Positions 38,373-47,685 of a DNA stretch of 64,000 nucleotides are shown here, piece by piece. The position numbers were made by a program, and so were the translations under genes. Source of the stretch: an uncultured Lachnospiraceae bacterium (GTDB taxonomy: Bacteria; Bacillota; Clostridia; Lachnospirales; Lachnospiraceae); NCBI GenBank assembly GCA_946616835.1, contig CAMOJK010000001.1:8894-72893 (forward strand), read 5' to 3'. Every line of letters starts with the position of its first letter. The stretch's first letter is position 1. The notes under the pieces were generated by a model. It searched no databases, was not told the DNA's origin, and saw only the letters and a list, made by a program, of their open reading frames with translations.

Positions 38373-39779
38373 ATGGTATTTAGTTCATTTGTTTTTTTAT
38401 GGCTGTTTTTTCCGATTGTTTTTTTGGGATACTATTTGTGCCCTAACAGTTTAAAAAATACATGGCTTCTTGTTGGTAGCCTTATTTTTTATGCGTGGGG
38501 GGAGCCTAGATATATCATTTTAATGATAATATCGATTTTTGTGAATTATATTATAGGTATATTTATAGGGACAACGGTAGGCTCAAAAAAGACGGTTCTT
38601 CTTATACTTGGACTTCTACTAAATTTGGGGTTATTGTTTTTTTTCAAGTATTTTACCTTTGTGTCAGGATTGATAATAGAGACATTTGTGGGGGAGGCTG
38701 AAAATTGGGTGCCCGATATATCTTTACCTATTGGCATTTCTTTCTATACGTTACAAGCAATTTCTTATCTGGTGGATTTGTACAAAGGGAAGTATCCTGC
38801 ACAGAAAAATATAATCTCACTTGGTTTGTATATATCTTTTTTCCCACAGTTGATTGCAGGTCCTATAGTTCGGTATGTAGATATAAATTATCAGATACAA
38901 TCAAGAAAGTACAGTAAAGACCAACTGATTGAAGGGATAAGCCGTTTTTCATATGGTCTGGGAAAAAAGGTGATACTTGCAAATAATCTTGGAGCGGTGG
39001 TTGATAGAATCGACACTATTGGTTTGGATCAGATGACAGGAGGGATGGCTTGGCTAGGATCAATTTGTTTTACACTACAATTATATTATGATTTTTCCGG
39101 TTATTCTGATATGGCAATAGGATTGGGAAAAATGTTTGGATTTGATTTCAAAGAGAATTTTTCTTTTCCACATCTATCAAAGTCAATATCGGAGTTTTGG
39201 AGAAGATGGCATATTTCTTTGGGGAGCTGGTTTAGAGAGTATGTGTATATTCCATTAGGTGGAAATAGAAAAGGACAGTTTAGAACGAGTATTAATCTTT
39301 TAGTGGTTTTTGCAATTACAGGGATATGGCATGGTGCAAATATTACTTTTTTCATATGGGGTATATTTCATGGAGTACTAATTGTTTTAGAACGCCTTTT
39401 TTATAGGGATACAGATAAGAGTAAGTGGAACAATTTGATAGGCTTTGTTTATGCCCAATTAATGGTTAATTTCGGATTAGTTATCTTTAGAAATGATTCT
39501 TTGATATATTCGTTAAAATGGCTAGAAAGGATGTTGCTTCCGTGGAAATATGCCATATCAGATTATAATATGGTAGAACTAATAAGGAATTCAGATATAT
39601 TATGTATTATTGTAGGTGTTGCATTAGCTGGGCCATTACAGTCGCTATATAGAAAAATCAATACTGCAGGTTATGTTTCGATTTTATTAACAAGGTTATG
39701 GCAATTTGTTATAGTAATATTGACGATACTCATTTTATCCGGAAATACATACAATCCATTTATATACTTTCAGTTTTAA
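38373..39779 (+). CDS. MBOAT O-acyltransferase (AlgI/DltB family)
   Basis: MVFSS, LPIGISFYTLQ, FFPQLIAGPIVRY, YDFSGYSDMA, FWRRWHISL, GIWHGA. Confidence 0.93.
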   Translation: MVFSSFVFLWLFFPIVFLGYYLCPNSLKNTWLLVGSLIFYAWGEPRYIILMIISIFVNYIIGIFIGTTVGSKKTVLLILGLLLNLGLLFFFKYFTFVSGLIIETFVGEAENWVPDISLPIGISFYTLQAISYLVDLYKGKYPAQKNIISLGLYISFFPQLIAGPIVRYVDINYQIQSRKYSKDQLIEGISRFSYGLGKKVILANNLGAVVDRIDTIGLDQMTGGMAWLGSICFTLQLYYDFSGYSDMAIGLGKMFGFDFKENFSFPHLSKSISEFWRRWHISLGSWFREYVYIPLGGNRKGQFRTSINLLVVFAITGIWHGANITFFIWGIFHGVLIVLERLFYRDTDKSKWNNLIGFVYAQLMVNFGLVIFRNDSLIYSLKWLERMLLPWKYAISDYNMVELIRNSDILCIIVGVALAGPLQSLYRKINTAGYVSILLTRLWQFVIVILTILILSGNTYNPFIYFQF

Positions 39780-39795
39780 CAGGTAATAATAAAGT

Positions 39796-40878
39796 ATGAA
39801 GAAAACAAAAATATGTGTTAGTGATATAGTGTGGATAATTTGTTTTTTTAGTTTATTCTATATACCTGCGATATTGTTTATGTGTTGCAGGGGTGAGGGG
39901 GAAAGTACGGAAAATAGAACTCTTATAGAGAAGCCTGTTTTTTCAGCGGATACAATTGATGAGTTCCCATCACAGTATTCTGCATACTATGAGGATAATA
40001 TTCCGTTTAAGCAAAACTTGGTTTTTGCTTATAATGCGATATTATTTAAGATATTTAATGATTCTGGGGTTGAGTCAGTAGTTTTAGGTAATGATGGATG
40101 GCTTTTTTATAATAGTGAAGCAAAAATGGATGGAAGCACCCTGACTGAATATAAGAGGACGAAAGTATATGATGAAGAAGAACTGCAAAATATAATAAAT
40201 AACACTGTTGCACAAAAAGAGTATATTGAATCATTAGGAATGGATTTTGTTCTGTTGATTGTTCCGAACAAGGAAGAAGTGTATTCGCAATATATGCCCA
40301 AGGAAATAAAAAGATGTGAAGGTGATGCAAGTTGTGATGTGCTAGTTGAACGTTTAAAAAATGCAGGAATTAACGTAGTGTATCCCAAGGAACTGATGGT
40401 AGAATTGGCTGAAAATGATGAATCAGTTAGACTTTATAGAAAATATGATACCCATTGGAATGCACTAGGGGCAGTGGTTGCTACACAGGAATTAGAAAGG
40501 ATAATTTGTGGTAAACCCTTGGTCGCATATACAAGCTATGGAGTGTCAGAGTATTCTAATATCGGTGATCTTTCTAAGATGCTTAATATTGCACAGTTAT
40601 TAGAACCTGAAGAACAGTATATAGTACCCGAGTACCAGCTGAATGATGGTACATTTTATGAAAAAGATAATGTTATACCCAAAAAAGTGTTTCTAGTAGG
40701 TGATTCATTTAGAAAGCAACTTGGCCCTTTCTTGGCTTCTGATTTCCAAAATGTAGAAGTGGAAGAGAGAAGCGCATTACAAATAGAGCAATTAATAAAC
40801 AGTGGTGCAGACATTGTAATTCTTGAATATGCTGAAAGACGCGCTGAAAAAATGGGTGAGTTTAGTTTTCAACGTTGA
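39796..40878 (+). CDS. AlgJ/AlgX-like (SGNH/DHHW) O-acetyltransferase
   Basis: N-terminal TM, ENR, GNDGWLFY, VPNKE, DTHWN..GA, GDSF. Confidence 0.85.
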   Translation: MKKTKICVSDIVWIICFFSLFYIPAILFMCCRGEGESTENRTLIEKPVFSADTIDEFPSQYSAYYEDNIPFKQNLVFAYNAILFKIFNDSGVESVVLGNDGWLFYNSEAKMDGSTLTEYKRTKVYDEEELQNIINNTVAQKEYIESLGMDFVLLIVPNKEEVYSQYMPKEIKRCEGDASCDVLVERLKNAGINVVYPKELMVELAENDESVRLYRKYDTHWNALGAVVATQELERIICGKPLVAYTSYGVSEYSNIGDLSKMLNIAQLLEPEEQYIVPEYQLNDGTFYEKDNVIPKKVFLVGDSFRKQLGPFLASDFQNVEVEERSALQIEQLINSGADIVILEYAERRAEKMGEFSFQR

Positions 40879-40969
40879 ATATTGGCTCTTCATGGGTAAT
40901 GGTGGGTGAAAATCACCCACATCCTCAGTATTTATGCTGATTTCACTGCTTTAGGTTTTCGATTAGGAA

Positions 40970-41599
40970 GTGGAACCCTTAAATCTGAGCATACAAGGTA
41001 TACCATATCCAACATGTTTTGTATGTTTCGAAACGATAGAAGAAAAAATACAACAACATATAGAAAACTTTATTAGGTTAAAAAGTAAGAGGTTTGGAGC
41101 GGACTACATCCCTGATTTCATAGTAATAACAGGTCAATCTGATAGTTTTGAAGTATATGTTGTTGATTTAAAGTTACCTACAGCAAGGCGGTTTAATCAA
41201 GATGATACAATAAGTGCAGAACTTAAGAATGCTATAGATCAGGTTACTTGGTATAAAGACTGGATAGAGAAACATATGGATTACTTCAAAGAATTGCTAT
41301 TAAAAGAAGTTGTAAATAAGTATCCAGATTTTGATGAAGACTTTATAGATAATCTAAGATTCAATGTTTTTACAGCAGTCATTATAGGAAGGAGAAAAGA
41401 TCTTAATGATAAGAGAAGAGCATTGACATTTAATAATACTGTGAGAATAATCTCGTATGACAGACTTATTGAGACTGAGAAACGACTTATTGAAATGCGG
41501 GGAAAAAATATAGGATTTAATCTATTTGGTTGTGACTACTTGATTGAGGAAAAGTATGAAGGATTAAAGTTAGATAATGCAATTCCGAAAGGAGATTGA
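40970..41599 (+). CDS. Shedu (SduA/DUF4263)-like PD-(D/E)xK nuclease domain protein, short
   Basis: FGADYIPDF...VVDLKLP...F...SAEL..AIDQ...Y..W...IIGRR...IISYDRLIE matches the DUF4263 pattern. Confidence 0.75.
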   Translation: MEPLNLSIQGIPYPTCFVCFETIEEKIQQHIENFIRLKSKRFGADYIPDFIVITGQSDSFEVYVVDLKLPTARRFNQDDTISAELKNAIDQVTWYKDWIEKHMDYFKELLLKEVVNKYPDFDEDFIDNLRFNVFTAVIIGRRKDLNDKRRALTFNNTVRIISYDRLIETEKRLIEMRGKNIGFNLFGCDYLIEEKYEGLKLDNAIPKGD

Positions 41600-41662
41600 T
41601 AGTTCTCCTGGAATAAAGGCACTAGTCACAAAAGATGTGTCATAGTTGATACTACCTTAAGG

Positions 41663-41719
41663 GTGCTGGATGATGTGAAGGAGAAGGTGTATACTAAGGA
41701 TTTGTTTAGGCGGGATTGA
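41663..41719 (+). pseudogene. ugd: 3' remnant of a second ugd allele ([18 protein letters not shown])
   Basis: 49/57 nt identical to 1042-1098; 7 of 8 differences are synonymous. Confidence 0.9.
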
Positions 41720-41783
41720 AATATATTAGATCCACGCATTAACGAAAGGTGGGTTCATTATAATCTGTTAGGGTGGAGAGAAG

Positions 41784-42725
41784 TTGATTTCATTTGTTAT
41801 ATATGGTCCAACATTTGAAGCTACGGATGCATTGTTTGATGAAATAAAGCATCTTCAAAATGTTAAGTATATTCAGTATCCGATAAAAAGTAGATTTTTC
41901 TATTTTTTTTCGAGAGTGCATATGAATAGACTGAAATGGCTTCCGGGGTGGAAAATATGGAGGTCTATTTACATTGGCCAGGAATATGCCGGAGATTGCT
42001 ACATCTATGGAAACCCATGGATTTATTTTATGTATAAATCTGGCTATGTTCAAAGAATAAAAGATAATAATCCTAGTTCATATCATGTTGCGTATCTGAC
42101 AGACATTAATTCTGCCCGTAAACTTCCTTTAGAAGATATGAAAAAAGTTTATGACAGAATGTTCATATTCGATAAGAATTTTGCAAAAGAGCATGGACTG
42201 GATTATTATCCCCTTGTTTACTCAAAAAAAGAGGGATTCGATACTGGTAATGATATAATAAGTGATGTTGTTTTTATTGGACAGTCGAAAGGTAGGACAC
42301 AGAAACTCATAAAAATCTATGAACGGCTTAGTTCTATTGGCATGTCGTGTGATTTTTGGATTATTGATGATGTTGGCGCAGAGAAAAGCAGGCAAGGTCT
42401 TCATTTCGTGAATAAACCTATGGATCCGCATGAATCAATAGAACATCTTATAAAATCCAAAGTTGTTCTCGAATTAAAATCTCACGGAGTCGATGCACTA
42501 TCTGATAGAGTGATAAAGGCTGTAGTATATAATAAAAATATAATTACCGATAATAAAAAGATCGTCGATTTTGATTTTTACAACACGCAGAAGATGCACA
42601 TTTTTGATGATATTGACGGTATTACGAAGAGTATTTTGGATAATTATGATGAGAAATATTGCTATAACAATGATTATTCTCCAATAAAGTTTTTAGAGAA
42701 AATTGAAGGGATGATTCCAAAGTAA
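41784..42725 (+). CDS. Hypothetical polysaccharide biosynthesis protein (GT-B-like)
   Basis: FIGQSKGR, SKVVLE, LSDRVIKA...KNIITDN pattern of glycan-locus GT-like proteins. Confidence 0.6.
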   Translation: MISFVIYGPTFEATDALFDEIKHLQNVKYIQYPIKSRFFYFFSRVHMNRLKWLPGWKIWRSIYIGQEYAGDCYIYGNPWIYFMYKSGYVQRIKDNNPSSYHVAYLTDINSARKLPLEDMKKVYDRMFIFDKNFAKEHGLDYYPLVYSKKEGFDTGNDIISDVVFIGQSKGRTQKLIKIYERLSSIGMSCDFWIIDDVGAEKSRQGLHFVNKPMDPHESIEHLIKSKVVLELKSHGVDALSDRVIKAVVYNKNIITDNKKIVDFDFYNTQKMHIFDDIDGITKSILDNYDEKYCYNNDYSPIKFLEKIEGMIPK

Positions 42726-42802
42726 CAGAGATGTTATTAAAACATAGTGATTGTCGATTTTGGACTGGACTTATTATAGATTTTGAGAATTACTTATAAA
42801 AA

Positions 42803-43912
42803 ATGGAAAAACAAAATGTGGATTTAAATAAAAAAAATATTTTGGTTACTGGATCGCCGGGGTTTATTGGGGCCAATTTGGTGCTTCGCTTACTCTCTTC
42901 GATTGATGGTGGGACGATTGTTTCTTTGGATAATATGAACAATTATTATGATATAGAGCTGAAGGAATATCGTTTGTCACAGATTAACAAAGTTGTTGCC
43001 ACCAGTCGAAATAAACACATTTTTATCAAGGGGTCTATATCTGACAAAAATCTTATTGCAAACCTGTTTGATCAGTACCACTTTGATATTGTGGTCAATC
43101 TTGCTGCACAAGCAGGGGTAAGATATAGCATTGAACACCCTGATGCGTATATCGAAAGCAATATTATCGGTTTCTACAATATTCTGGAAGCGGTCAGGCA
43201 TTCATATGATGATGGAGCAAAAGGGGTGGAACATTTAGTGTTTGCGTCGAGTTCCTCTGTTTATGGTAATAATAAAAAAGTTCCATTCAGTACAGAGGAC
43301 TGTGTGGATCATCCTGTCAGTCTCTATGCTGCAACAAAAAAGAGTGATGAGTTATTGGCATATAGTTATTCAAAGCTATATAACATTCCATCAACCGGAC
43401 TCAGATTTTTTACAGTCTATGGTCCGGCAGGACGGCCTGATATGGCCTATTTCAAGTTTGCTGAGCAGTTTAGGGCGGGAGAACAAATAGATATTTTTAA
43501 TTATGGAAATTGTAAGCGTGATTTTACCTACATAGATGATATTGTTGAAGGAATTGTTAGAGTTATGCAAGGTGCTCCTCGGAGAGAAGAAGGTGAAGAT
43601 GGTTTGCCCATACCGCCATATGCAGTTTATAATATAGGCGGCGGTAAGCCGGAGAATCTAATGGATTTTGTACATATTTTGGGCGATGAACTGATTTTAG
43701 CCGGAGTTCTTGATGGGAGATATGATATAGATTCCCACATTAATCTTGTGCCAATGCAGCCTGGAGATGTTCCTGTTACATATGCAGATTGCACTGGTTT
43801 GGAAGAGGATTATGGATTTAGGCCTGGAACTGATTTGCGAACCGGATTGAGAGAGTTTGCAAAATGGTATAGAATATACGCGGATTGCACTGTAAAAAAG
43901 AAAAATATTTAA
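42803..43912 (+). CDS. UDP-glucuronate 4-epimerase-like NAD-dependent epimerase
   Basis: LVTGSPGFIG, NLAAQAGVRYS, ASSSSVYG, SLYAATKK, RFFTVYGP.GRPDMA, MQPGDV. Confidence 0.92.
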   Translation: MEKQNVDLNKKNILVTGSPGFIGANLVLRLLSSIDGGTIVSLDNMNNYYDIELKEYRLSQINKVVATSRNKHIFIKGSISDKNLIANLFDQYHFDIVVNLAAQAGVRYSIEHPDAYIESNIIGFYNILEAVRHSYDDGAKGVEHLVFASSSSVYGNNKKVPFSTEDCVDHPVSLYAATKKSDELLAYSYSKLYNIPSTGLRFFTVYGPAGRPDMAYFKFAEQFRAGEQIDIFNYGNCKRDFTYIDDIVEGIVRVMQGAPRREEGEDGLPIPPYAVYNIGGGKPENLMDFVHILGDELILAGVLDGRYDIDSHINLVPMQPGDVPVTYADCTGLEEDYGFRPGTDLRTGLREFAKWYRIYADCTVKKKNI

Positions 43913-43943
43913 AAATGTGCATATAAAATAAGCGGAGGATAAA

Positions 43944-45011
43944 ATGTTAAGCATTACAGAATCATTTAAGGGGAAAACATTAGTAATAACAGGAGGGACA
44001 GGCTCATTCGGATCAACTGTGTTAAAGCACTTTCTGACAACTGATATCGCAGAAATCCGCATCATTTCTCGTGATGAGAAGAAGCAGGACATGATGAGGC
44101 ATATCCTTCAGGCAAAACATCCTGATTATGCGGGGAAGGTTCAGTTCTATATTGGAGATGTCCGAAATCTGGATTCTGTTCGTGATGTGATGCATGGAGC
44201 ACATTATGTTTTTCATGCTGCGGCTCTTAAGGAGGTTCCGTCTTGTGAATTTTTCCCTATGGAAGCTGTAAAGACAAATATTATGGGGACGGACAATGTG
44301 ATTACGGCTGCTGTGGAGAATGGTGTTGAGCGGGTTGTCTTTCTATCGACGGATAAGGCTGCATATCCTATAAACTCCATGGGGATGACAAAAGCTGTAG
44401 GTGAAAAGGTGGTGCAGGCACGGGCGCAAAAGGCATTTGAGCGTGGTGGCACAGTGCTTTCGTGTACTCGATATGGAAATGTGATGTGTAGCAGAGGATC
44501 CGTAATTCCTCTATTTATAGATCAGATTAAGAATAAGCGTCCTATTACTATTACGGATCCAAATATGACACGCTTCTTGATGAATCTTGACGAGGCCGTG
44601 GATTTGGTGGCATTTGCTTTCGAGCATGCTGAGCCTGGGGATTTGTTTATTCAGAAGGCTGACGCATCAACTATTGGTGATCTTGCGGATGGTGTTATGA
44701 AGGTCTTTGGTGAGACTGAAAAGAAGATTATAGGTACTCGTCATGGGGAAAAGCTTTATGAGACTCTGATGACCAGAGAGGAGAGACTGCGGTCTGTGGA
44801 CATGGGGAATTATTTTAGGATTGCCCCGGACGGACGTAGCTTGAACTATGATAAATTCTATGTAGACGGCGATGTATTGACAGAAGGGGATGAAGCCTAT
44901 ACTAGTCATAACACAAATCGGCTCGATGTTGATGGTGTGGTTAAGAAGATCATGGCAACGGATTATGTGAAGGAAGAATTGGAAGGTCGTCCCCATGCTG
45001 TGGAGGCATAG
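43944..45011 (+). CDS. fnlA: UDP-GlcNAc 4,6-dehydratase/5-epimerase (CapE/WbjB)
   Basis: ITGGTGSFG, SRDEKKQD, FHAAALKEVPSCEFFP, LSTDKA, TRYGNVM, YTSHNT. Confidence 0.92.
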   Translation: MLSITESFKGKTLVITGGTGSFGSTVLKHFLTTDIAEIRIISRDEKKQDMMRHILQAKHPDYAGKVQFYIGDVRNLDSVRDVMHGAHYVFHAAALKEVPSCEFFPMEAVKTNIMGTDNVITAAVENGVERVVFLSTDKAAYPINSMGMTKAVGEKVVQARAQKAFERGGTVLSCTRYGNVMCSRGSVIPLFIDQIKNKRPITITDPNMTRFLMNLDEAVDLVAFAFEHAEPGDLFIQKADASTIGDLADGVMKVFGETEKKIIGTRHGEKLYETLMTREERLRSVDMGNYFRIAPDGRSLNYDKFYVDGDVLTEGDEAYTSHNTNRLDVDGVVKKIMATDYVKEELEGRPHAVEA

Positions 45012-45014
45012 ATA

Positions 45015-46301
45015 ATGAGAGTATTGGTTACAGGAAGTAATGGATTTGTGGGCAGGAATCTGGTTTGGAACCTGAAGGAAATACGGGATGGGAAGAATCA
45101 TACCAGACCCAATCTGCTGATTACGGAGATATATGGTTATGATATAGGTTCTTCACAGGAATCGCTGGAGAAGGCCTGCAGCAAGGCGGATTTTGTTTTT
45201 AATCTTGCAGGTGTCAACCGCCCGAAGGATCAGAATGAGTTCATGGAAGGAAATTTCGGTTTTGCTTCGATACTGCTGGATACCCTGAGGAAGTATAATA
45301 ATACCTGCCCTGTGATGCTTTCATCATCTATACAGGCGAGTCTGACAGGACGGTATGCGGGCTCGGAGTATGGTAAAAGTAAGCTTGCGGGAGAGGAATT
45401 GTTCTTTGAATATGGCAAAGAAACCGGGGCGAAGGTACTGGTCTACCGATTCCCTAATCTTTTCGGTAAGTGGTGCAAGCCGAATTATAATTCTGCCGTG
45501 GCTACTTTCTGCAATGCAGTGGCAAATGACCTGGAGTATACAGTAAATGACCGGAGTACTGAACTGGATTTGGTATATATCGATGACCTGATTGAGGAGA
45601 TGCTGGATGCTTTAGAGGGGAAGGAGCATAGATGTGAGTACGAAAGCAGTGCTGATGGTGCAGATAGCGTGATTCCGGTGGGAAAAAATGACGGAATGTA
45701 CTGCCATGTGCCCACATCCCATCATGTTACCTTAGGGGAGATTGTGGATCAGCTGCAGTCCTTTAAGGATATGCCTGTAAGCTTGTACCTGCCGTCTATT
45801 CCGGAGGGGTCCTTTGCAAAGAAGCTGTACAGCACCTATCTGTCCTATCTGCCGGCAGAGAAGATGAGCTACCGCTTTAAGTCTAATGTGGACAACCGGG
45901 GCGTATTTACAGAACTGATACGGACGGCAGACCATGGTCAGGTATCTGTCAATGTTGCGAAGCCGGGGATCACGAGAGGTGAGCACTGGCACAATAGCAA
46001 GTGGGAACTTTTCATAGTGGTATCCGGGCATGGTCTGATACAGGAGCGGAGGATAGGAATCGATCCCGAGACAGGTAAGGGTTATCCTGTAATTGAATTT
46101 GAGGTAACCGGCGAGCAGATGAAGGCGGTGCAGTTGTTGCCGGGCTATACTCATAATATTATTAATTTAAGTCCTACACAGGATCTTGTGACAGTCATGT
46201 GGGCGAATGAGAGCTTTGATCCGGGCCATCCTGACACCTTTTACGAGCAGGTGGACCGGGACGGGGATGAGAAGATAAATCCTGAGAAGGGAAATGTTTG
46301 A
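45015..46301 (+). CDS. fnlB: Reductase/cupin bifunctional enzyme (CapF/WbjC)
   Basis: LVTGSNGFVG, LAGVNRP, YGKSK, FGKWCKPNYNS; cupin DNRG.FTE, GEHWH, HNI. Confidence 0.92.
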   Translation: MRVLVTGSNGFVGRNLVWNLKEIRDGKNHTRPNLLITEIYGYDIGSSQESLEKACSKADFVFNLAGVNRPKDQNEFMEGNFGFASILLDTLRKYNNTCPVMLSSSIQASLTGRYAGSEYGKSKLAGEELFFEYGKETGAKVLVYRFPNLFGKWCKPNYNSAVATFCNAVANDLEYTVNDRSTELDLVYIDDLIEEMLDALEGKEHRCEYESSADGADSVIPVGKNDGMYCHVPTSHHVTLGEIVDQLQSFKDMPVSLYLPSIPEGSFAKKLYSTYLSYLPAEKMSYRFKSNVDNRGVFTELIRTADHGQVSVNVAKPGITRGEHWHNSKWELFIVVSGHGLIQERRIGIDPETGKGYPVIEFEVTGEQMKAVQLLPGYTHNIINLSPTQDLVTVMWANESFDPGHPDTFYEQVDRDGDEKINPEKGNV

Positions 46302-46310
46302 AGATGTGGT

Positions 46311-46332
46311 ATCCCCCACGAAGGTGGGGGAT
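46311..46332 (+). other. Perfect 9-bp GC-rich intergenic hairpin
   Basis: ATCCCCCAC-GAAG-GTGGGGGAT between fnlB and fnlC, followed by TACTTGTTTT. Confidence 0.6.
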
Positions 46333-46369
46333 TACTTGTTTTATGTACAATGGATTGAGAGGCATAGAT

Positions 46370-47566
46370 ATGGGATATCCTGAATGGAAGAATAACGGAA
46401 AGATAAAACTGGCAATCATAGTGGGTACACGCCCTGAGATCATCCGTCTGGCAGCGGTGATTACAAAGTGCCGGAAGTACTTTGACACACAGCTCTGGCA
46501 TACAGGGCAGAATTATGATTATAATCTCAATGGTATTTTCTTTAAGGATTTGGGCCTTGCTGCTCCTGAATTGTATATGGATGCAGTGGGTGAAGACCTG
46601 GGAGCCACCATGGGGAATATAATTGACAGATCCTACAAGGCAATGGTGGCAACTAAGCCTGATGCGGTGCTGGTACTGGGTGATACCAATTCCTGCCTGT
46701 CGGTAATCGGGGCCAAGAGGCTTCATATCCCCATCTTCCATATGGAGGCTGGAAACCGCTGCAAGGATGAATGCCTGCCGGAGGAGACTAACCGCCGTAT
46801 CGTGGATATCATCTCGGATGTGAATCTGGCCTATTCTGAGCATGCAAGACGCTATCTGGCTGACTGCGGGCTGCCTAAGGAACGGACATATGTGACAGGA
46901 AGCCCCATGGCAGAGGTGTTGAGTAATAATCTGGAAGCTATACAGGCATCGGATGTGCATAAGAGGGTGTCTGACGAGACCGGAACAGCTATCGAAAAGG
47001 GAAAGTATATACTGCTTTCTGCACACCGTGAGGAAAATATTGATACGGAGAAGAATTTCCTGTCTCTGTTTAATGCAATTAATGCAATGGCAGATAAATA
47101 CGATTTGCCTATACTTTATTCTTGTCATCCCCGTTCCAGAAAACGTCTTGAACAGATGACTTCGGAAGGGAAGTTTTCATTGGATAGGCGTGTGATCGCT
47201 CATGAACCTATGGGCTTCCATGATTATAACTGTCTGCAGATGAATGCATTCTGCGTGGTTTCAGACTCAGGGACACTGCCGGAGGAATCTTCATTTTACA
47301 CATCCATTGGACATCCGATTCCGGCGGTGTGCATACGTACATCTACGGAGCGTCCGGAGGCCTTGGACAAGGGATGTTTTGTATTATCAGGTATAGATAC
47401 GGTGGGATTGCTGCAGTCTGTAGACCTGGCAGTAGAGATGGTTGGAAATGGCGACAATGGTATCCCTGTACCAGATTATGTGGATGCAAATGTGTCGGAC
47501 AAGGTGGTTCGGATCATTCAGTCTTATGTGGGTGTTGTGAATAAGATGGTGTGGAGAAAAGGCTGA
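46370..47566 (+). CDS. fnlC: UDP-2-acetamido-2,6-dideoxy-L-talose 2-epimerase (CapG/WbjD)
   Basis: VGTRPEIIRL, HTGQNYD, HMEAGNRC, SAHREEN, TSTERPE; follows fnlAB; GAGAGG RBS. Confidence 0.92.
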   Translation: MGYPEWKNNGKIKLAIIVGTRPEIIRLAAVITKCRKYFDTQLWHTGQNYDYNLNGIFFKDLGLAAPELYMDAVGEDLGATMGNIIDRSYKAMVATKPDAVLVLGDTNSCLSVIGAKRLHIPIFHMEAGNRCKDECLPEETNRRIVDIISDVNLAYSEHARRYLADCGLPKERTYVTGSPMAEVLSNNLEAIQASDVHKRVSDETGTAIEKGKYILLSAHREENIDTEKNFLSLFNAINAMADKYDLPILYSCHPRSRKRLEQMTSEGKFSLDRRVIAHEPMGFHDYNCLQMNAFCVVSDSGTLPEESSFYTSIGHPIPAVCIRTSTERPEALDKGCFVLSGIDTVGLLQSVDLAVEMVGNGDNGIPVPDYVDANVSDKVVRIIQSYVGVVNKMVWRKG

Positions 47567-47612
47567 AATTCATGGCAACCATAAGATCTTCAGGATGAAT
47601 AATTACGATGAT

Positions 47613-47641
47613 TTGCAAAATGTGTAAAAATCGGGTAGAAT
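47613..47641 (+). promoter_or_regulatory. Sigma-70/SigA-like promoter
   Basis: TTGCAA-N17-TAGAAT about 45 bp upstream of the priming transferase start. Confidence 0.6.
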
Positions 47642-47685
47642 AGTACCTCAACGATTAATGAAATGGAAGGATTTCGGGATTTTAT

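Noticed and set aside
46241-47128. 295-aa minus-strand ORF, plus other antisense ORFs such as 48307-48840, 52934-53404 and 58095-58580
   Set aside because: Lie largely or wholly antisense to well-supported + strand genes and show no recognisable motifs; shadow ORFs
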